From: an uncultured Candidatus Saccharibacteria bacterium
Lineage (GTDB): Bacteria; Patescibacteriota; Minisyncoccia; Phycocordibacterales; UBA5272
Reading direction: 5' to 3'
NCBI GenBank assembly: GCA_964621595.1
Contig: CAZUPO010000003.1
Location: 7,150 to 69,522 of the forward strand
Length of the DNA stretch: 62,373 bases
Shown: piece by piece, positions 34,069 through 43,717 of the stretch
Position numbering within the stretch: the first letter of the stretch is position 1
Layout: every line of letters begins with the position of its first letter
Program-made: the position numbers and the translations under genes
Notes under the pieces: generated by a model
Seen by the model: only the letters and a program-made list of their open reading frames with translations
Told to the model about the DNA's origin: nothing
Database searches by the model: none

Positions 34069-34992
34069 TTAAATAGTTGTCTTTCCTGTAAGCGCCTTGA
34101 TTCTCTCCTCTACAGGGGGGTGAGTCATGAATAATTTTTGAACCCAGGAAACCTTATCACCATCACGCTCTTCTGATACATCATTAACACCACTTGGATC
34201 AGAGATAAAGAGATGGGCAATAGCCGCATGCTGAACCTTCATTGGTTGATGGAAGTTGCTTATTTTTTGCAGCGCTGATGCAAGTCCTTCTGGATAACGA
34301 GTAATGAGGGCTCCTGTTGCGTCCGCTAAAAACTCTCGTTCGCGTGAAATAGCAAGTTTGATAATCATCGCCGCAATTGGCGCAAGAATAATCGCCGCAA
34401 TCCCAAGAATAAGAAAGATCGGGCTCTTCTTTTCGTTGTCGCGTCCGCCAAACATAGACGCGTGAAGTGCCATATCCGCAACAAATGAAATAAGACCTGC
34501 GAAAACGACGACAACAGTTTGTACGAGCATATCGCGATTACCAATGTGCGCAAGTTCATGAGCAAGAACACCTTCTAATTCTGATTTGCTAAGTAAAGGC
34601 AAGAGTCCTGTTGTCACCGCAACAACTGCATGATCTTTATCACGACCAGTAGCGAAAGCATTCGGTGCTGGGTCATCGATAACATACAACTTCGGCATAG
34701 GAAGGCCTGCTGCAATACACAAATTTTCAAGGGTGTTCCAGAGTTCCGGGTACTCTTCCCTGCTTGCAATTGCTCGAGCGTTCGCCATTGAAAGTACCAG
34801 TTTGTCAGAGAACCAGTACGCACCAATATTGGTGAGAATCGATACCGCAAGCGCAACATACAAGAACATCGAATTGCTGTAGATATAGGAAAGTACAAAT
34901 CCGACGATGATCACAAGGAGTAAAAACCCTGTCATCATAAACCAAGTCTTCCGAATATTCCCTGATTGATTGGTGTAAAGATTAGTGTTCAT
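34069..34992 (-). CDS. htpX: Membrane zinc protease HtpX (M48)
   Basis: 'HELAHIGNRD' HExxH, four TM segments, C-terminal 'THPP.EERI..L'. Confidence 0.9.
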   Translation of the reverse strand: MNTNLYTNQSGNIRKTWFMMTGFLLLVIIVGFVLSYIYSNSMFLYVALAVSILTNIGAYWFSDKLVLSMANARAIASREEYPELWNTLENLCIAAGLPMPKLYVIDDPAPNAFATGRDKDHAVVAVTTGLLPLLSKSELEGVLAHELAHIGNRDMLVQTVVVVFAGLISFVADMALHASMFGGRDNEKKSPIFLILGIAAIILAPIAAMIIKLAISREREFLADATGALITRYPEGLASALQKISNFHQPMKVQHAAIAHLFISDPSGVNDVSEERDGDKVSWVQKLFMTHPPVEERIKALTGKTTI

Positions 34993-35048
34993 AGATTTGT
35001 GGCAATGTGAACAAAGTATACTACTAATACATGCTCGTTAATGGATTC

Positions 35049-35609
35049 TTAGAATTTCACCGCGACTGGATTACGTGCTACGTTTTCCCCTTCTGCTAAT
35101 TCAAAGAATTCTTTTTCCGTGAAGGAAAAAGTTTTTGCAATAAAGTTTGATGGGACTGTTTGAATCTTAGTGTTATACGTCATTACTGTACTATTATAGA
35201 ATCTACGCGCTGCTTGAATTTTGTTCTCAGTATCTGAGAGTTCATTTTGGAGTGAAAGATAATTCTGATTTGACTTCAAATCTGGGTAATTTTCAGAAAG
35301 TGCAAAAATACTTTTAAGAGTACTACTTAATACTGTTTCTGCCTCAGCATGTTCTTTCGTGGTCTCTGCTCCCATGGCCTTGGAGCGAGCCTCCACAACT
35401 TTTTCGAGGGTTGAAGATTCGAAACCAGCAGAACCTTTTACAGTTTCTACTAAATTTGGGATAAGGTCGTAGCGACGCTTAAGTTGTACATCGATATCCG
35501 CCCACGCTTCTTTAACTTGTTGACCTGCAGTAACCAGCCCGTTATACATACCAATAATGACAAAACCAATGATAACAACGATCGCAATAATAATATAAAT
35601 AGTGGTCAT
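35049..35609 (-). CDS. lemA: LemA family protein (second copy)
   Basis: 'YNGLV...Q.V.EAWADIDVQLKRRYDLIPNLVE' after one TM segment. 186 aa. Confidence 0.9.
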   Translation of the reverse strand: MTTIYIIIAIVVIIGFVIIGMYNGLVTAGQQVKEAWADIDVQLKRRYDLIPNLVETVKGSAGFESSTLEKVVEARSKAMGAETTKEHAEAETVLSSTLKSIFALSENYPDLKSNQNYLSLQNELSDTENKIQAARRFYNSTVMTYNTKIQTVPSNFIAKTFSFTEKEFFELAEGENVARNPVAVKF

Positions 35610-35878
35610 TTGTTTTTATTTTTTAGAGTAATTGTAGATTATATGATAGCTACTTGATAAATTACATGATAGTAAATCAATAACGAAACTAAATCTGCTT
35701 CGGACGCCATTTCATTCGTTTCTGTCAATACCACCTTCCTCCGCAGTACTACCATAGTACAAAAAAGGGTATGGAAGTCAATGGGGAGAACGTATTCCCC
35801 TGACAAGAGTTAAGAACCTCCACAAAATAGAGATTTTCTGATACTATAGAAGAAATTCTCTATAATTTATTTACTACC

Positions 35879-37642
35879 ATGTCACATCCCAACCAATTGA
35901 CAGAACTCTTTAAAAAACGACATTCTCTGGCCCATGTTCTCCTCATGGCAATTAAACATCACTTTCCCCATGCCCTTCCTACGATTGGACCTGTGACTGA
36001 AACAGGTTTCTACTACGACATCGACTTCAGCGGAGAAACAAAAATCGGTAATGACGATCTTCCAAAAGTGGAGAAAACTATGCGCGAAATTATCGCAAAA
36101 AATCTTCCTTTCGCTGTGAAAGAAGTAACTATTCACGAAGCAGAAGGGATGTTCACATTAAATCCATTCAAACTCGAACTCATACAACAAATTGAGAGTA
36201 CTGGGTCTCCAATAACTATCTATTCAACAGGAAATGATTTTTCTGATCTCTGTGAGGGACCTCACGTCGCCAATACAAGTGAGTTGAAAAATGTTGGATT
36301 TTCTCTTACACACATCGCAGGAGCATATTGGCGAGGAGATGAGAAGAATCCGATGCTCACAAGAATTTACGGCCTTGCCTTTGATACTCAACAAGAACTA
36401 GATGACTACAAGGTCCAGCAAGAGGAAGCAAAGAAGCGCGATCACCGACTACTTGGCAAGCAACTAAAACTCTTTACCTTCAGCGACCTCGTAGGAAGCG
36501 GTTTGCCGCTTTGGACACCACGCGGAACATTTATCCGTGAGGCGCTAAATGACTTTGTCTGGTCACTACGCAAGAAGCAAGGATATCAGAAAGTAACTAT
36601 TCCCCACATCACCAAGTCAGATCTGTATGTAAAAAGCGGTCACTGGGCAAAATACGCTGAAGATCTCTTCAAGATAAACACGCGTGATGGACATGTCTTT
36701 TGTATGAAGCCAATGAACTGCCCTCATCACGCACAGATCTATGCAAGTGAGTTACGCTCATACAAGGAACTCCCTCTTCGTTTTTGTGAGACCACCATGG
36801 TGTATCGTGATGAACAATCAGGAGAACTCTCCGGACTACAGCGAGTACTTTCCATCACCCAAGATGATGCCCATGTATTTTGTCGTGAATCACAACTCGA
36901 AGAAGAAGTGGGTCGTGTGTGGGACATCATCAGTGAATTTTATGGGACGTTTGGATTCACGCTTGTTCCACGCTTCTCACGTCGTGATATAAACGAAAAA
37001 GAAAAGTATCTCGGGACCGATGCTGGTTGGGAGAAGGCGGAAGGATCAATAAAAAGTTTAATCGAGAAGCGAAGTAGCGCTAACTGGATCGATGGACCAG
37101 GAGAAGCAGCGTTTTATGGACCAAAAGTGGACTTCATGGCAAAGGATTCCATCGGCCGAACATGGCAAGTTGCAACCATACAAATAGACTTTGTTCAGCC
37201 AGCCAACTTCGGACTTGAATGTGTGAATGAAGAAGGTAAGCGAGAGCAGCCTGTCATGATCCACTGCGCAGTGATGGGCTCTCTCGAGAGATTCATGTCG
37301 ACATTCATCGAACACACCGCGGGGAATTTCCCTCTTTGGCTCTCTCCTACTCAGGTTGCGATACTTCCTATTTCTGACAAACACCATGCGTATGCCAAAG
37401 ATGTAAAAGAAAAACTAGAACTAGAAAATATCCGCACTGAACTAGAAACAGGAAAAGATGGGCTTGGTAAAAAAATACGTGCGGCACGAGAAATGAAAAC
37501 ACCCTACTGCCTGGTTATAGGAGATGCTGAAATGACCAACGGTACAGTAACTGTTGAACATATTACAAAAGGGAAACTTGGTGAAGTGTCTCTAGAAAAC
37601 CTTATTGGAACCCTTACAAAAGAAGTATCTACTAAGTCCTAA
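35879..37642 (+). CDS. thrS: Threonyl-tRNA synthetase (lacks N-terminal TGS domain)
   Basis: 'KRDHRLLGKQL.LF', 'MKPMNCPHH', class II motifs and a C-terminal anticodon-binding domain. 587 aa. Confidence 0.95.
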   Translation: MSHPNQLTELFKKRHSLAHVLLMAIKHHFPHALPTIGPVTETGFYYDIDFSGETKIGNDDLPKVEKTMREIIAKNLPFAVKEVTIHEAEGMFTLNPFKLELIQQIESTGSPITIYSTGNDFSDLCEGPHVANTSELKNVGFSLTHIAGAYWRGDEKNPMLTRIYGLAFDTQQELDDYKVQQEEAKKRDHRLLGKQLKLFTFSDLVGSGLPLWTPRGTFIREALNDFVWSLRKKQGYQKVTIPHITKSDLYVKSGHWAKYAEDLFKINTRDGHVFCMKPMNCPHHAQIYASELRSYKELPLRFCETTMVYRDEQSGELSGLQRVLSITQDDAHVFCRESQLEEEVGRVWDIISEFYGTFGFTLVPRFSRRDINEKEKYLGTDAGWEKAEGSIKSLIEKRSSANWIDGPGEAAFYGPKVDFMAKDSIGRTWQVATIQIDFVQPANFGLECVNEEGKREQPVMIHCAVMGSLERFMSTFIEHTAGNFPLWLSPTQVAILPISDKHHAYAKDVKEKLELENIRTELETGKDGLGKKIRAAREMKTPYCLVIGDAEMTNGTVTVEHITKGKLGEVSLENLIGTLTKEVSTKS

Positions 37643-37655
37643 TTTCAAGATTACC

Positions 37656-38633
37656 ATGCAAGAACAAGGTCCTGATGCTAATACAAAAGAAGAGTGGCGA
37701 GGATCTCATTACAGAGAGCGAGGACTCTTGGATATAAAAAAATTCCTAGAAGAAAGCCTGGGGACCGAGGCTCAGCAACAATTTGAAGCGGAAGCATTTT
37801 TTGGTACCATTCTTGCAACACCCAATGATCAAACTACTAACACAAGCCCATGGGGTACCGAGTATAGAAAAACACCAACCGGACTTCTTACAAAAGAAGA
37901 GGTGGCAGACTTCACTTTGTTTGCCAGACGGGCGATCAAACGAATACTAAACGCTTTTCAACATAAATATAAAGATCCCACGTGGACAAAAGATTCCATT
38001 AACGCACGTTCCTTATTCCACGACGTATCACATGCTGCTGGCATGATTGCTTCTGGCAAGTATAAGCAACAAGACAATTCTATAGTCTTACCATTTCTTC
38101 ATACCCCTCTTGGAGAAGACTTTAGTAATCGAGAATTCATGGAGGATGAACTCTACGGCATACTCTGGAATGTAATACAAATTGATAAGAAACCAGGACA
38201 ATATGTACTTAAGACTTTGCGAGAATCTAGCACTGAGTCTGAATTTATTAAAGCCTATGTAGAGGGAGTTATGAGTGCTGCTGTTGGAGCCAACAGAAAT
38301 CATATTTACAGACGCCTGGCTGCTGTGCGAAAAGATCTCTCCCCAGAAGAACTTGAGCAGGAGACTACTGCTCTAAGAAGCAAGGCCATTGAGACCGCAA
38401 AAGAGATAGAGAACAATCCACCAACAAAGATTATTGAGATACTGCACTACATATGGGAACATCGAGACAATAAACGAGTGCTGGCAGATTTATTCTTCCG
38501 TGAAGTTGGTCCATATATTGAAGAACTAAAGAAACGGGACGAATATAGTGATCGACCACTAGAAGATATTGTTGACGGTAGAGAAAGTGTGGCGGGAGGT
38601 ATAGAAGACACCCCACTACGCGAAGCGGCTTAG
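37656..38633 (+). CDS. Hypothetical protein (325 aa from ATG 37656)
   Basis: Long ORF. The TTG at 37605 would overlap thrS, so the ATG 'MQEQGPD' is preferred. No family recognised. Confidence 0.5.
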   Translation: MQEQGPDANTKEEWRGSHYRERGLLDIKKFLEESLGTEAQQQFEAEAFFGTILATPNDQTTNTSPWGTEYRKTPTGLLTKEEVADFTLFARRAIKRILNAFQHKYKDPTWTKDSINARSLFHDVSHAAGMIASGKYKQQDNSIVLPFLHTPLGEDFSNREFMEDELYGILWNVIQIDKKPGQYVLKTLRESSTESEFIKAYVEGVMSAAVGANRNHIYRRLAAVRKDLSPEELEQETTALRSKAIETAKEIENNPPTKIIEILHYIWEHRDNKRVLADLFFREVGPYIEELKKRDEYSDRPLEDIVDGRESVAGGIEDTPLREAA

Positions 38634-39142
38634 ATCGTATATTTTTTGTGCACACTTACAGGTAGTCCTGCCTGCTTTGCCTTGTCTATTGTATCTTGAG
38701 TTCCGGTACTATTATTTACCTGAAAGGCATACACATCGTCTGAAAAAGTAACTTCTTCATTATGACGAATATCATACTCTTCTTGAGTGATGTCTCCGGA
38801 ATCTTTTCGTACTTCAAAAATGGCACTTGGGTTTCGTTCTTTTATGAGGGCAAGTACGTATTCAATATCGTCGATGTCTCGATCTGTAACTGGGTCATGC
38901 TTCCAATTTTTTCTATAATCTCTAATGAAATGATCTAATCTGGCGGGAATAAAAATTCTGATCTTGGTACACTCTGGGTTAAGTTTGAGCCACTCATCCA
39001 TCGCAAAAAAGTCCACTCCCGTTGCACCTCCTGTCACCATACCATCCCCACGTTCAAAAACCTTGCGAGCGTACATTCTCACATCGTGTTCAACTTCTTT
39101 ATTCGTTAGCCTCCATGTGCCTGTAAAAATAATCCACTTCAT
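38630..39142 (-). CDS. SLOG-superfamily (DprA/LOG/YpsA-like Rossmann) protein
   Basis: 'GDGMVTGGATGVDFFAMDEW' GGAxGxD glycine loop after a beta-strand 'MKWIIFTG'. Its stop overlaps the convergent gene's stop (cTTAg). Start at ATG 39142. Confidence 0.55.
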   Translation of the reverse strand: MKWIIFTGTWRLTNKEVEHDVRMYARKVFERGDGMVTGGATGVDFFAMDEWLKLNPECTKIRIFIPARLDHFIRDYRKNWKHDPVTDRDIDDIEYVLALIKERNPSAIFEVRKDSGDITQEEYDIRHNEEVTFSDDVYAFQVNNSTGTQDTIDKAKQAGLPVSVHKKYTI

Positions 39143-39151
39143 AATGTAGCG

Positions 39152-39203
39152 CGCCCCGGTCACTACTTCGTGGACCGTTGTTCGGTCCTTTCGTGCCGGG
39201 GCG
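39152..39203 (-). other. GC-rich nested hairpin between the island-C ORF and the SLOG gene
   Basis: Outer stem CGCCCCGG/CCGGGGCG (39152-59 / 39196-203) encloses the inner hairpin GGACCG-ttgtt-CGGTCC (39172-88). No T-run follows. Confidence 0.6.
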
Positions 39204-39228
39204 TTTCCTTCGTTGTTCTGTGCGCGGA

Positions 39229-39393
39229 TCAGGGGTTCTCGTCCCCTTCCTCCGCCGGCGTCACCTCGAGGAGGTGGCGGGTACGGCAGAGCATCGCTGC
39301 CTGCACGTGCCGGTCGGGCATCGGGCGGCAGCCGCCCTCGACGGGCTTCAGGCTGCCTTTCTGCGGGGTCTGGCCAGCGGGGGTCGTGTCCAT
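39229..39393 (-). CDS. Candidate 54-aa protein in GC-island C (MDTTPAGQTPQKGSLKPVEGGCRPMPDRHVQAAMLCRTRHLLEVTPAEEGDENP)
   Basis: GGAGGA SD 5 nt upstream of ATG 39393. ~71% GC, with 49 of 54 codons ending in G/C (hand count). The three plus-strand ORFs here look like Arg/Ser-rich mirror frames. Confidence 0.45.
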   Translation of the reverse strand: MDTTPAGQTPQKGSLKPVEGGCRPMPDRHVQAAMLCRTRHLLEVTPAEEGDENP

Positions 39394-39423
39394 CTGTTTC
39401 CTCCAGAACTTGTAGGGACCACC

Positions 39424-39452
39424 ATTATACATGAAAAATTAAGAGAAGTAAA
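39424..39452 (-). promoter_or_regulatory. Possible promoter of GC-island C
   Basis: Minus strand TTTACT - 17 nt - TATAAT, ~30 nt upstream of the ATG. Confidence 0.4.
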
Positions 39453-39468
39453 GGTCAACCAAGAAACC

Positions 39469-40206
39469 CTATTTCTTCCCTTCTATAAGTAAAATAACGT
39501 CTTTTGCGGAATTTTCCCCCACAAAGTGTTCAAAGAGATGTAACACATCGAGGTGATATAAAATACTTGCCACAGAGAACAGCGACACGCCGTAGGCAGA
39601 TTTGAGCACACTTTCAAGCAGTAGTCCTTCGGAAGGAATAGCCGCTATTGCCACAAGGAGCACTAGAATGAAAAATGAAATGACAAACCAGTGAAACTGT
39701 GGGATACGTTCTTCGTGGAGCATCACCATATTTTTACGAGCAACTTCACAATCAGATAGATTACTAATGATACGCGCAAGAGAGTGAGTCTTGAGTGGTG
39801 TTAGAGATTTTTTATCCATGTACTTCTCAAGAGCAGCATGGATGGAGATGAGCGTCTCTGATTTATGAGTGAAATGGTAATCCCATTCTTTTTTACCCAA
39901 GACCACGTTGTAATGTTTTACAATTATTTCACCGATGTGTTTTTGTGCTTCTCCACTTATGTTCCCTGCAGAGCGAAATACGCTTGAGATCCTTCCATCA
40001 AACGTACTGATGACTTCGCGAATCTTTGCATAGCGCGCAACCTGTTGCGCAATGAAAAATCCAGTAACAATAGAAAAGAAAAATGTGGTGGTAGTTAGAT
40101 ACACTCGATCAATCTGAGGTAATACAACCGGAACAGTATAAAAAAGATAAGAGAACGTCCCTAGGATTATTAACAACGACCACTGAGTAACATGGTACTT
40201 TCGCAT
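39469..40206 (-). CDS. Hypothetical membrane protein (245 aa, DUF4239-like architecture)
   Basis: Two N-terminal and two C-terminal TM segments around a soluble middle. The family call is tentative. Confidence 0.5.
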   Translation of the reverse strand: MRKYHVTQWSLLIILGTFSYLFYTVPVVLPQIDRVYLTTTTFFFSIVTGFFIAQQVARYAKIREVISTFDGRISSVFRSAGNISGEAQKHIGEIIVKHYNVVLGKKEWDYHFTHKSETLISIHAALEKYMDKKSLTPLKTHSLARIISNLSDCEVARKNMVMLHEERIPQFHWFVISFFILVLLVAIAAIPSEGLLLESVLKSAYGVSLFSVASILYHLDVLHLFEHFVGENSAKDVILLIEGKK

Positions 40207-40253
40207 ACAAACGAGTATATATGTGTGTGCGCACTCTTACCAGTGGAAGAACA

Positions 40254-42329
<2,076 letters not shown>

Positions 42330-42409
42330 TTATAGCATATTTATGCTCAAAAATAAAGGAGTCAACTGAGGAAAAGATGTGGTTCTCGGGCTTATTTTTA
42401 AAGGACTTT

Positions 42410-43672
42410 TTACGCAAATTGAACTGTATCAACGACCTCAAAAGCATTCCCAGCACCAATGTTGAGAACGACGGTATTTTTATCCTCGATTGATTCGATA
42501 ACATTTTTTATATCTCCAAGAGTATGTAGTTTTTGCGCATGTCCACCTAGATCATTAATAGCAGATACAAGAGCATCTTCACTTGTGACCGTAGTATCCT
42601 CTAGTCGCGCACGGTAAATTGGTAGAATATACACCATATCTACTTCTTTGAGCACACGTATAAAATCATCGAATAATAATTTTGTACGTGAATACAAGTG
42701 AGGCTGGAAAAGCATCACAATTGTATTCTTGTCTTTTGGATAGGCCTCACGAAGTGCAGCATAGGTCACGGCAATTTCTTCTGGATGGTGTCCATAGTCA
42801 TCGTATACGCGCACTCCTTTTTGTGTCTTTCCTTTGTACTCCATTCTTCGCCATGTTCCCAAAAATTCTTTAAGCCCCTTACGTACATCTTCTTCTTTAA
42901 ATCCAAGTGACATCAGCATCGTGAGTACCAGTGACGCGTTCTTTTTGTTATGTGCGCCAAGAACTTGTAACTCGATTGACTTGGGATCAACTTGCGGAGT
43001 AACTATATGGCTACCTTGTAATTGTGAACTAAATTCTGTATGAGTAGCCACAAACCCGTTTGGTTCAACTTTTTGAATAAACTCCTGGAAGGCGGAAGCA
43101 ATATCATGAATGTCTTTATAGTAATCCAGGTGATCCTCGTCAATATTGGTAACAATTACGTGTGATGGAAATAGATTACAAAATGACCGCTTGTACTCAC
43201 AGGCCTCAACAACCATCCATTCGCTATCTCCTGCCACAAAGTTCGTCCCCCCTTCGGATAGCAAACTACCAAGGATGAGTGTTGGTTTCACCCCGCATGC
43301 ACGCAGTGCATAGTACGTCATAGCAGTCGTTGTAGTTTTACCATGTGTACCGCAGATGGCGATTGTTTTCTTTTCTTTTGTTATCTCACCGAGGGCTTCT
43401 GGGTATGTTTTACATAGGGCACCTAGGGATTTTGCTCGCTTTAGTTCTTCGTTTTCTGTAGGAATAGCGATGGTGTAAATTACCATATCAATATCCTCTG
43501 GAATATTCTCAGCGTGGTGTCCGAGAAAAATATGTATTCCTTCATTTCGCAAATCTTCCAAAAGAGCAGAGTCTGCCTGATCAGAACCGAGTACATCGTG
43601 TCCGCTATTTTTATAGTAACGAGCGAGCGCTGAGAGCCCTATTCCTCCTATTCCAATACAGTAGATCTTCAT
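42410..43672 (-). CDS. murC: UDP-N-acetylmuramate--L-alanine ligase
   Basis: 'IGIGGIGLSALARYY...G..V.GSD' and 'GTHGKTTTTAM'. 420 aa. Confidence 0.9.
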   Translation of the reverse strand: MKIYCIGIGGIGLSALARYYKNSGHDVLGSDQADSALLEDLRNEGIHIFLGHHAENIPEDIDMVIYTIAIPTENEELKRAKSLGALCKTYPEALGEITKEKKTIAICGTHGKTTTTAMTYYALRACGVKPTLILGSLLSEGGTNFVAGDSEWMVVEACEYKRSFCNLFPSHVIVTNIDEDHLDYYKDIHDIASAFQEFIQKVEPNGFVATHTEFSSQLQGSHIVTPQVDPKSIELQVLGAHNKKNASLVLTMLMSLGFKEEDVRKGLKEFLGTWRRMEYKGKTQKGVRVYDDYGHHPEEIAVTYAALREAYPKDKNTIVMLFQPHLYSRTKLLFDDFIRVLKEVDMVYILPIYRARLEDTTVTSEDALVSAINDLGGHAQKLHTLGDIKNVIESIEDKNTVVLNIGAGNAFEVVDTVQFA

Positions 43673-43717
43673 ATGTATAGTTGTAGCAAAAAGTCATCAA
43701 AATATCCAGGATGGACC

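Noticed and set aside
39170-39492. Three overlapping plus-strand ORFs (81, 104 and 73 aa) in GC-island C, and the 67-aa version of the minus ORF
   Set aside because: The plus frames are Arg/Ser/Gly-rich with no SD. The minus frame shows the GC3>GC1>GC2 pattern and a GGAGGA-ATG start at 39393, while the upstream extension to 39432 overlaps the -10 box.
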